Shown here: positions 31,843 through 40,419 of the stretch, one piece after another
Position numbering within the stretch: position 1 is the stretch's first letter
Layout of the letters: each line of letters opens with the position of its first letter
Source: Spirochaetota bacterium
Lineage (GTDB): Bacteria; Spirochaetota; UBA4802; UBA5550
Assembly (NCBI GenBank): GCA_963664815.2
Contig: CAXXHB010000003.1
Coordinates: forward strand, 1,408,001-1,472,000
Length of the DNA: 64,000 bases
Reading direction: 5' to 3'
Made by a program: the position numbers and the translations under genes
The notes under the pieces: model-generated
Database searches by the model: none
What the model was told of the DNA's origin: nothing
What the model saw: only the letters and a program-made list of their open reading frames with translations

Positions 31843-33434
31843 AAAAGAAACTGATAAGTTTCATAGCTGCATGTTTTATGTTATTCACTGCCGGGTTATC
31901 ATTTTCACAGGATGCTCCGGTAAAAACCGATACGATTATCAGAACAGTTGATCCCTCGGGAGGGAATACCGGAAATGCTGGTGATGTAACTGCTGCTACA
32001 AAGGGAAGTCCTACTCTTACAGAAGTAGCGGCTGAAGTAGGCCATACAAAAGTTGCATTAAATCTTGTCTGGACTCTTATCGCTGCATTTCTTGTAATGT
32101 TTATGCAGGCGGGATTCGCCATCGTTGAAAGCGGCCTGACAAGGGCAAAAAATGTGGCGCATACTATGTCGATGAACTTTATGATTTATCCGCTTGGAAT
32201 GCTCGGCTTTTATCTGTGCGGGTTTGCAATTATGTTCGGTGGTGTAGGCGCGCTTGGTACTCTCGGTGGTTATGACGGGTTATCATCCGAGTTTGTGATT
32301 CACCTTTTCGGGAAGGAATTCGGACTTTTCGGTACAAAGGGTTTTATGCTTACAGGTGTATATGATGTGGCTATTTTCGGGCTGTTTATTTTCCAGATGG
32401 TTTTTATGGATACTACAGCAACTATCCCTACGGGTTCAATGGCTGAGCGATGGAAATTTTCATCATTTTTCATATATGGAATTTTTGTAGGAACCATAAT
32501 ATATCCTATATATGGTAACTGGGTATGGGGAGGTGGATGGCTGGCATCACTTGGGAAGAATTTCGCACTTGGGCATGGACATGTCGACTTCGCCGGTTCA
32601 TCAGTTGTCCATATGACTGGTGGTGTACTTGCACTTGTCGGTGCAAAAATACTGGGACCCAGAATAGGGAAGTATAATGAAGACGGATCTCCCAATGCTA
32701 TACCTGGCCATAATATACCGCTGGCCATTTTGGGAACCTTTATCCTCGCATTCGGATGGTTCGGTTTTAATGCGGGCTCGACACTGGCAGGGACAGATCT
32801 TCGTATAAGTGTTGTTGCAGTAAATACAATGCTTGCTTCCGGTGCAGGTGCAATAGTATCAGCACTATGGATGTGGGGAGTAAGGGGGAATAAACCTGAT
32901 CCAAGTATGATGTGTAATGGTATGCTCGCAGGCCTTGTTGCAATTACTGCTCCATGTGCTTTTGTTGGTTCAGGTGCAGCGGTTATTATAGGGACAATAT
33001 CCGGTATACTGGTTATTGAAGCAGCATTTTTTGTTGAAAGAAAACTAAAAGTAGATGATCCTGTCGGCGCAGTTGCTGTCCATGGTGTTAATGGAGCATG
33101 GGGATGCCTTGCACTCGGAATTTTTGCTGATGGTTCTTATGGCGACGGATGGAACGGTGTTTCAGGAACAGTTAAAGGTCTGTTATATGGAGATACGTCA
33201 CAGTTTTTTGCCCAGTCCATAGGTGTAATAACTAATATAATTTATGTTGCGGTTATTGGTTATCTGGTATTCAAACTGGTAGACTTAACAATAGGTAACA
33301 GGGTACCGGCGTCTTATGAATTAGACGGGCTTGATATCCCGGAGATGGGAGTTATTGGATATTCAGGTGTTAAACTGGATAAATATTCAGAAACGCCAAT
33401 ATCGCGAAAAAGTTCAACTGCCGGTTTACTATAG
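31839..33434 (+). CDS. amtB: Ammonium transporter
   Basis: FMQAGFA.VESG, DFAGSSVVH, FGWFGFNAGS and DDPVGAVAVH motifs; N-terminal signal/extension. Confidence 0.97.
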   Translation: MKKKLISFIAACFMLFTAGLSFSQDAPVKTDTIIRTVDPSGGNTGNAGDVTAATKGSPTLTEVAAEVGHTKVALNLVWTLIAAFLVMFMQAGFAIVESGLTRAKNVAHTMSMNFMIYPLGMLGFYLCGFAIMFGGVGALGTLGGYDGLSSEFVIHLFGKEFGLFGTKGFMLTGVYDVAIFGLFIFQMVFMDTTATIPTGSMAERWKFSSFFIYGIFVGTIIYPIYGNWVWGGGWLASLGKNFALGHGHVDFAGSSVVHMTGGVLALVGAKILGPRIGKYNEDGSPNAIPGHNIPLAILGTFILAFGWFGFNAGSTLAGTDLRISVVAVNTMLASGAGAIVSALWMWGVRGNKPDPSMMCNGMLAGLVAITAPCAFVGSGAAVIIGTISGILVIEAAFFVERKLKVDDPVGAVAVHGVNGAWGCLALGIFADGSYGDGWNGVSGTVKGLLYGDTSQFFAQSIGVITNIIYVAVIGYLVFKLVDLTIGNRVPASYELDGLDIPEMGVIGYSGVKLDKYSETPISRKSSTAGLL

Positions 33435-33449
33435 GATAGAGGTGACAAG

Positions 33450-33788
33450 ATGAAAAAAATTGAAGCAATTATAAGACCTGAAAAACTCGATGCAGTTCTT
33501 GATGAACTTGAAAATGTAGGTTATTCGGGATTGATGATCACCGAAATTAAGGGTCATGGAAAGCAAAAGGGAGTTGTGCAGCAGTGGCGTGGAGAAAGTT
33601 ATAAAGTAAAACTGATCTACAAGGTTAAAATTGAAATAATCGCAAAAGACAATGAAGTTGCGAATATAAAGGATACAATTATTAAAGCAGCAAAAACAGG
33701 TGAGATGGGAGACGGCAAGATTTTTATTTATTCAATTGAGGAAGCTGTTAAAATCAGGACAGGTGAAACAGGAGACAATACTCTCTGA
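33450..33788 (+). CDS. glnK: PII nitrogen regulatory protein
   Basis: MKKIEAIIRP, GHGKQKG, Tyr51 and TGEMGDGKIF motifs; linked to amtB. Confidence 0.93.
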   Translation: MKKIEAIIRPEKLDAVLDELENVGYSGLMITEIKGHGKQKGVVQQWRGESYKVKLIYKVKIEIIAKDNEVANIKDTIIKAAKTGEMGDGKIFIYSIEEAVKIRTGETGDNTL

Positions 33789-33797
33789 CGAAATTAA

Positions 33798-33841
33798 AAA
33801 AAGGTAATGGGGGTTCATTTATGAATCCCCATTACCTTTTT
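33798..33841 (+). terminator. Rho-independent terminator
   Basis: aaaaggtaatgggg...ccccattaccttttt. Confidence 0.85.
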
Positions 33842-34021
33842 ATTGATCAAACTCATTTTTTTCAGTTAATACACCCCGTTAAATTACATTTTTGTTAAAT
33901 TGTCTTATTGTTATATGTTCTCCGGGAAAATTATTTGTTTAAAATGTATGGATTAATATTATGTCTATTAATCAGGAGTAACCGCTATATTTAAAATTGC
34001 GGTGAGATTTAGGAATATAAA

Positions 34022-35554
34022 ATGGATCTGATAAACGACAGACAGAGTGGTTTGCTGGAAAAAATTGGAAGAATTTTTATCGAGGATAACGGCGATATTA
34101 AAATACTTATGTCCAATGTGTTTAAACTCATTGTAACCTATTACAATATTGAACGCGGAATGATAAGCATATATCACAAGGAGGAGGGTGAGATATGTGT
34201 TGATATATATCATGGATACACTGAGGAAGAGGTTGCAAGGGGGGTATACAGACCGGGAGAGGGAATAATCGGTACTGTTATTAAAACCGGAAATCCTTAT
34301 ATTGTAATGGATATAATGAATGAACCGAAGTTTCTTAACAGGACAGGTGCTGACAGAAATACAACAGCTAACAAGATTTCATTTATTTGTGTCCCTATTA
34401 AACTGAATTCAGCGGTTATTGGTACAATTTCTGTTGATATTATTAATAATTTCGGAAGAGATCTCGCCGAAGAATACCATGCCCTTACTACTGTATCTAT
34501 TATGATTGCACAGGCGGTTAACGGCAGAATTGAATCAGTTTTAAGAGAGAAAATGCTTAAAGATGAGAATGAACTTCTCCGTAAAAAAATATCGATCAAT
34601 AGTGTCCAGGGGAAACTGTTGGGAACCTCCAGTGAGATGAAAGAAGTATATGAAAAAATCATTATGGTATCGGGGACTGACACAACTGTGCTCATTACGG
34701 GTGAGAGCGGGACAGGGAAGGAGCTTATTGCTGATGCCATACAAAGAAATAGTAAGCGATACGGTGGTCCGTTTGTAAAAGTAAATGTTGCATCATTGCC
34801 GAAGAATCTTATTGAGACTGAACTTTTCGGTTATGAAAAGGGGGCATTTACAGGTGCTGATAAGATGAAAAAGGGGAGATTTGAGCTGGCCCATGGGGGG
34901 ACGATTTTCCTTGATGAGATAGGTGACCTGGATATTTCTTTACAGGTTCATCTTTTAAGGGTTTTACAGGAAAAAAGTATCGATAGAGTGGGGGGAAATG
35001 CGCCGGTTCCAGTTGACGTAAGGGTTATTGCCGCTACTAACCAGAACCTTGAAGAAAAGATTAAAAATAATGAGTTCAGGGAGGATCTCTATTACAGGCT
35101 CAATGTTTTTCCAATACAATCACCTAAATTGCGGGACAGAAGATCTGATATTGTTCTGCTGGCGGATCACTTTCTTGAAATTTATAATTCAAGAGCGGAA
35201 AAAAAGATAAGCAGGATAAGTACGGATACAATTGATCTTCTTGTCGCGTATCACTGGCCGGGGAACGTAAGAGAGCTGGAGAATTGTATCGAACGGGCAG
35301 TAATTCTATGCAATGAGGATGTTATAAGAAATTATCATCTTCCTCCATCTCTTCAGATATTTAACGATAAAAACGGATCAGGGACTCTTGAAGAGAGGAC
35401 TAACATGTTTGAAAAGGAACTTATTATTGATGCCTTAAAAGTATCAAATGGTAATGTTTCAAATGCATCGAAAAAACTCGGAACAACAAAAAGAATACTC
35501 GGTTATAAAATGGATAAGCTTGGAATTGACTATAAAATTTTCAGAAATCACTGA
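34022..35554 (+). CDS. NifA-like GAF-AAA+-Fis sigma54 activator
   Basis: GAF domain ([16 protein letters not shown]); [20 protein letters not shown] and WPGNVREL motifs; C-terminal HTH. Confidence 0.93.
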   Translation: MDLINDRQSGLLEKIGRIFIEDNGDIKILMSNVFKLIVTYYNIERGMISIYHKEEGEICVDIYHGYTEEEVARGVYRPGEGIIGTVIKTGNPYIVMDIMNEPKFLNRTGADRNTTANKISFICVPIKLNSAVIGTISVDIINNFGRDLAEEYHALTTVSIMIAQAVNGRIESVLREKMLKDENELLRKKISINSVQGKLLGTSSEMKEVYEKIIMVSGTDTTVLITGESGTGKELIADAIQRNSKRYGGPFVKVNVASLPKNLIETELFGYEKGAFTGADKMKKGRFELAHGGTIFLDEIGDLDISLQVHLLRVLQEKSIDRVGGNAPVPVDVRVIAATNQNLEEKIKNNEFREDLYYRLNVFPIQSPKLRDRRSDIVLLADHFLEIYNSRAEKKISRISTDTIDLLVAYHWPGNVRELENCIERAVILCNEDVIRNYHLPPSLQIFNDKNGSGTLEERTNMFEKELIIDALKVSNGNVSNASKKLGTTKRILGYKMDKLGIDYKIFRNH

Positions 35555-35977
35555 AAAATTCAAGTGATAAAATAAAGCCTTTCATTTGAGCAATCATAAA
35601 TACTGTTTAATATTCAGACTGAATTTCCTCCATATTTAATTAATATTACAAATTACTGGCATTGATATCAAGTGTTAAAATTATATCAGTTTACAAGTAT
35701 GTTAGTTGGTACAAATAAATTGTTACAAATTTGCATTTTGTTTGTTTGAATGATTTTAAATATAACATTATGGTAACATATTTGTAATAATAATCCGCCT
35801 GCAGATTTTCACTCCGATAATTGGTGTTTTGAAAATTCATAAAATACAATTACGTAACTGATTTTTAATGCAATGTTAAAATTTAACATAATTGAAATAT
35901 TGAATCATCAGTTTTCATTGATTGTATATCGGGTACGATGTTTTGTTGTAATATAATTTAATTCATGGAGCGGTGTT

Positions 35978-36424
35978 ATGAATATAACAGTCGTTAGGAC
36001 ATTGAAATTGTTTGTTATGTATTGTTCCTCCTCTTTCAGTTCTGAAGAATTGTCTGTCGCGATAAAGATGGATGAAGGTGATGAACTCAGACTGATCGGG
36101 CTTCCATGTTCAGGGAAGGTTGACCTTCTTTACCTTTTAAAAGCATTTGAGAAGGGGGCAGACGGTCTGGTAATACTCACATGCCCGAAAAATGAATGCC
36201 GTCATCTGGAGGGTAATCTCCGGGCGTTGCGAAGGGCTGACAGTGTAAGCTCAATACTCGATGAAACAGGGCTTGGTAATGACAGAATAACCGTATTACA
36301 GTTGAAAGAGGACGGAATTGACGGCATAGTGTCGGAGATTGCTGCGTTTGCAGGCAGCCTGAGGCCGTTAGCCTTTAAAAATTCCGGTTCGTCTGCAGTT
36401 GATGCAACAGCTGTTTCAAATTAG
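35978..36424 (+). CDS. Divergent MvhD/FlpD-like [2Fe-2S] protein
   Basis: LPCSGKVD...AFEKGADG...TCPKNECRHLEGN. Confidence 0.85.
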   Translation: MNITVVRTLKLFVMYCSSSFSSEELSVAIKMDEGDELRLIGLPCSGKVDLLYLLKAFEKGADGLVILTCPKNECRHLEGNLRALRRADSVSSILDETGLGNDRITVLQLKEDGIDGIVSEIAAFAGSLRPLAFKNSGSSAVDATAVSN

Positions 36425-36519
36425 GTAGTTTTTAACTGCTTGTGTGTTCTGAATCCGGGTGAGGCCCGGCTGGTATTTGCAAATATTTAGAAGATATAAA
36501 AAATTCTGGTGATTATATT

Positions 36520-37437
36520 ATGAAAAAAGAGAAAAATTTCGCGGATCAGATAAGGGACAAAGATTTTATTGTAACAGCAGAATACCTTCCGCGTGCTGAA
36601 ACAGATCCGGCGAATATTAAAACAATAATTGACTGCCTGAGAGAGGTACCATCAGCGGTAAACGTTTCGGATAACCCGTTTGGTGTGGCAATGTCAAGTT
36701 TTGCAGCATCAATTCACCTTATCAATGCAGGAATTGAACCTGTACTTCAGATCGTCACAAGAGACAGGAACAGGATTGCAATACAGTCTGATATTCTGGG
36801 AGCGTCATCTCTCGGGATAAGAAATATGCTTTGTCTTTCAGGGTATCATCAGGTGCTTACAGACAATCCTGAATCAGCAAATGTTTATGATATTGACTCA
36901 ACACAGCTCCTGGCAATTGTGGAGAATCTGAGGATGAAGGGAGAGCTTCTGAACGGCGCAAAGATAAATGGGCCGTTTAATATGACTACTGGCGCCGTTG
37001 CAAATCCTTTTATGACACCGGTTGAACTTAACGTGCTGAGAGTTTCACAAAAGGCTGAGGCCGGGGCGGTTTTTTTTCAGACCCATCCCGTTTTTGATGT
37101 TGAGAAATTCAGTTTATGGCTTACTGCAGTAAAAGAATCTGGTGTTGATGAAAAAACCGCGATACTTGCCGGTGTGCTCCCGCTTGAAAGCGTTGAAGAG
37201 GCTGAATCTTTAAGACTAAAATATACTGATTTCAATATACCTCAATCCGTTATCGATCGCCTGAAATCGGCGGGAAGCGCAGAAGCACAGAAAAAGGAAG
37301 GAATTGCAGTCTGCACGGAAATTATATCAAAGGTAAAAAATATGAGCGGCCTCAGAGGAATACATCTTCTTACGGGCGGCAAAGAAAAACTGATACCCGA
37401 GATTCTTGGAGTATCCGGTCTGTCCGGAAAAATATAG
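36520..37437 (+). CDS. metF: Methylenetetrahydrofolate reductase-like flavoprotein (MetFV type, divergent)
   Basis: VTAEYLP, AVNVSDNP, IEPVLQIVTRDRNRIAIQSDILGA and KAEAGA motifs. Confidence 0.88.
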   Translation: MKKEKNFADQIRDKDFIVTAEYLPRAETDPANIKTIIDCLREVPSAVNVSDNPFGVAMSSFAASIHLINAGIEPVLQIVTRDRNRIAIQSDILGASSLGIRNMLCLSGYHQVLTDNPESANVYDIDSTQLLAIVENLRMKGELLNGAKINGPFNMTTGAVANPFMTPVELNVLRVSQKAEAGAVFFQTHPVFDVEKFSLWLTAVKESGVDEKTAILAGVLPLESVEEAESLRLKYTDFNIPQSVIDRLKSAGSAEAQKKEGIAVCTEIISKVKNMSGLRGIHLLTGGKEKLIPEILGVSGLSGKI

Positions 37438-37457
37438 GAATGAACTGGAGATAATTT

Positions 37458-38864
37458 ATGCCGGAAAAATATCACATTGAAACAAATCCGGTCCCTCCGC
37501 GACGTCCGAGGACAGGTAAATACGGTATTATTGACTGGAGAGAAGATTGTGCAAGGTGCCATAATTGTGTAAAGAAAGCATGTGTTTATGACAGGCACAG
37601 GGATGAAATTAAATATATCAGAAATATGGATGATGTTGATGCACTTTTTTTTGACTGCATGGGATGCTTTTCCTGTGTGCAGGAGTGTACTAAAAACCTT
37701 TTAAGGCTTACCATAAACCCTGAGTATGAGAAACTAGGGAATGATTACTGGACTCCACAGATTATCCAGACTACATGGCTGCAGGCTGAAACTGCGAAGA
37801 TCCCTGTTTCGGGTGCAGGATATGGCGGAAGATTTTCCGGTTATGGTTTTGATTCCATGTGGACCGACATGTCAGAGATAGTAAGGCCAACGAGAGACGG
37901 GATTCACGGGCGTGAATATATAAGTACTTCTGCAGACATAGGCAGGAAAACATCATTTCTTGTGATGAAGGATGGAGAACTTTCAACGGATATCCCTCCA
38001 TTAATATCAACTCCAATGCCGCTGATAATTGATATGATGCCTGAAGAATATTCTCTGGAAATTCTGGAACCATTGATGATGGAAACTGCATATAGAACTG
38101 ATCTGACAGCTGTTATTGATTCAGGAAGATGGTCTTTTAAAAATAATTTCAGCGAGAAGTATCTCCCGCATGTAGCATTTTATTTCGCTGCCGGTTCGGA
38201 ACTCCTTCCTGCGGATATTATACGTAAAACAAAAATGGTGGAGATTGAAAATTCCGGCGATATTAAACGCCGGATAATGGAACTCAAAGAGATCAGTGCG
38301 GACATAGTAGTGTGTGTAAGGATTAAATTAGATGAAAACGGCATTAGCCGGGCAGTTGAACTTTCCGAGCAGGGTATTGAAGCACTGCATATTATAGCAG
38401 ATATGAACGGAAAACAGTATGGCACAGGTTCTCCGTTATTTATAAAAGATATGATACGTCAGATTCATAAATCGCTGATTGAAAGCGGCAGACGTGATGA
38501 TATTACAATAATTTCAGGTGGCGGAATAGCCCTTCCGGAACATATGGTTAAGGGAATTATATGCGGAACTGATCTTGTATCAATAGAACTTCCGCTTTTA
38601 ATTGCAATGGAATGCCATCTGTGTGGGGTTTGCACCGGAGAGAAAAAATGTCCCGCGAAAATCAGGGAAGTTGACATTGAGTATGGCGCTGGCCGGATGA
38701 CTAACCTGATTGCAGCGTGGCATGACCAGATGGTTGAACTTATGGGAGCCATGGGCATCAGAGATGCAAGACGTCTACGCGGTGATGTGGGGCGTGCCAT
38801 GTTTTTTGAACAGATGGAGGAGGAAAGCTTTGGGAGAATTTTTGGTAAACGGAAGCATGCTTGA
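37458..38864 (+). CDS. Degenerate glutamate synthase FMN-domain paralog with N-terminal ferredoxin
   Basis: CARCHNCVKKAC and CMGCFSCVQEC clusters; ISGGGIA...CHLCGVC...CP tail; MSxG and AQGAKPG motifs absent. Confidence 0.8.
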   Translation: MPEKYHIETNPVPPRRPRTGKYGIIDWREDCARCHNCVKKACVYDRHRDEIKYIRNMDDVDALFFDCMGCFSCVQECTKNLLRLTINPEYEKLGNDYWTPQIIQTTWLQAETAKIPVSGAGYGGRFSGYGFDSMWTDMSEIVRPTRDGIHGREYISTSADIGRKTSFLVMKDGELSTDIPPLISTPMPLIIDMMPEEYSLEILEPLMMETAYRTDLTAVIDSGRWSFKNNFSEKYLPHVAFYFAAGSELLPADIIRKTKMVEIENSGDIKRRIMELKEISADIVVCVRIKLDENGISRAVELSEQGIEALHIIADMNGKQYGTGSPLFIKDMIRQIHKSLIESGRRDDITIISGGGIALPEHMVKGIICGTDLVSIELPLLIAMECHLCGVCTGEKKCPAKIREVDIEYGAGRMTNLIAAWHDQMVELMGAMGIRDARRLRGDVGRAMFFEQMEEESFGRIFGKRKHA

Positions 38865-40419
38865 GAAAATAATTCCTGAAAACACGCTTAAAACCAGGAC
38901 TATACAGCATACAGAAGAGCGGGCAATAAATCCAGCTCCTCCAAGATACAGGAATGAGATGGGAAAATATATAACCCTGAGAGATGAAACAAAATGCATA
39001 TTATGCGGAAAATGTGCCGCTGTATGCCCGCAGGGAGTTCATGTATTGAAACCGGGGTACAAGTATTTTGCTGAGCCTAAAAATCACCTCTGTTTTGGTT
39101 TTAAGTGCGAAGAGAAGGGGTGTTACTGTGTTGCCGCCTGCCCGAACGGCGCATTGAAAGTCGAAGTAAATCCCATGATGAAAGTTCTGGGAGACTACAG
39201 GTGGACAGCAGAGATGATACTTGCTACATGGAAAATGGCTGAAAACGGTAAAATTCCATCTGATGATTATGGGTTGGAATATGAAACCGGAAATTCCGGT
39301 GGAGGTTTTGACCGGATAAGATTTAAATTTCCGGAAAAACCGCCGATAGCACTCAGTGCAGAAGATATTGATACTTCACTTGAACTGAACCGGAGAAATG
39401 ACGGCAGGCCAAAAATAAAAATTGATGTTCCGTGGTATGGCGGAGGTATGTCCTTTGGTTCTGTCAGCAACACTACGCAGCTTTCAAAAGCACGAGCGGC
39501 AGTTGCATGGAACACTTTTACCTGTACCGGTGAAGGCGGGTATATGGAGAGGATGAGGCCATACGATGACCATGTTATAACTCAGGTCGCAACGGGTTTA
39601 TTCGGAATCAGGGAAGAGACTATTCAAAGAGTTCCTATAGTGGAGTTTAAATATGCGCAGGGTGCCAAACCTGGACTCGGCGGTCACCTCCTGGGGGATA
39701 AAAACACCCCGGCAGTTGCTATGATGCGGGGAACGGTCGTAGGTATTCCACTTTTCTCTCCATTTCCGTTTCACAGCGTATATTCCATAGAAGATCACAT
39801 GAAACAGATTGACTGGATTAAGCATGTAAACAGGCGGGCGCTGATTTCAAGCAAGGTATCAACTCCTAATGATGTGGATATGGTTGCTGTAGGGAGTTAT
39901 TCTGCAGGCACCCATATTATACATCTTGACGGAGGGTACGGCGGAACAGGAGCAGCTCCGGAAATTGCCAAAAAGAATATAGCAATGCCGATAGAATATG
40001 CTATTCCGAAAGTTCATAATTTTCTTGTAGCGGAAGGAGCAAGGGAGGGAGTAACACTGATCGCAAGCGGAGGTATCCGTAATCCCTATGATATGGCCAA
40101 GGCAATTGCACTTGGAGCAGATGGAGTTGTTATAGGTACAATGGAGATGGTGGCGCTCGGGTGCGTAAGATGCGGAAGATGTTCCGCAGGCCGTGGTTGT
40201 CCAAGAAGCATAGCTACTACCGATAAAAAACTTGCACCCAAGATAGAACTCGAATGGGGAGCCCAGAGGCTTATTAATACTTACAATGCATGGAGAGACG
40301 AACTTATAAGAATTCTTCAGAGGCTTGGACTGGGAAGCGTAGCTGCCCTGAGGGGCAGATCAGATCTTCTCATGCATCTTGATTATACCAATGACGTGGA
40401 GTATAACCATGAAAAATGA
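38857..40419 (+). CDS. Glutamate synthase FMN/Fe-S subunit (archaeal-type GltB2) with ferredoxin
   Basis: CILCGKCAAVCP, GGMSFGS, TGEGG, QVATGLFG, EFKYAQGAKPGLGGHL, ASGGIR and CVRCGRC...CP motifs; start at ATG 38857. Confidence 0.93.
   Translation: MLEKIIPENTLKTRTIQHTEERAINPAPPRYRNEMGKYITLRDETKCILCGKCAAVCPQGVHVLKPGYKYFAEPKNHLCFGFKCEEKGCYCVAACPNGALKVEVNPMMKVLGDYRWTAEMILATWKMAENGKIPSDDYGLEYETGNSGGGFDRIRFKFPEKPPIALSAEDIDTSLELNRRNDGRPKIKIDVPWYGGGMSFGSVSNTTQLSKARAAVAWNTFTCTGEGGYMERMRPYDDHVITQVATGLFGIREETIQRVPIVEFKYAQGAKPGLGGHLLGDKNTPAVAMMRGTVVGIPLFSPFPFHSVYSIEDHMKQIDWIKHVNRRALISSKVSTPNDVDMVAVGSYSAGTHIIHLDGGYGGTGAAPEIAKKNIAMPIEYAIPKVHNFLVAEGAREGVTLIASGGIRNPYDMAKAIALGADGVVIGTMEMVALGCVRCGRCSAGRGCPRSIATTDKKLAPKIELEWGAQRLINTYNAWRDELIRILQRLGLGSVAALRGRSDLLMHLDYTNDVEYNHEK

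Noticed and set aside
34022-35554. Nitrogen fixation cluster implied by a NifA-like gene
   Set aside because: No nifH/D/K or other nif genes in the window; the gene is called NifA-like only
35930-35947. sigma54 promoter immediately upstream of mvhD'
   Set aside because: GGTACGATGTTTTGT has the wrong -24/-12 spacing and no GC
38710-38856. N-terminal extension of the 569-aa ORF
   Set aside because: It overlaps the upstream gene by about 150 bp; ATG 38857 gives a normal short overlap. Similar start corrections were applied at 5937, 11310, 11618, 20197 and 40409
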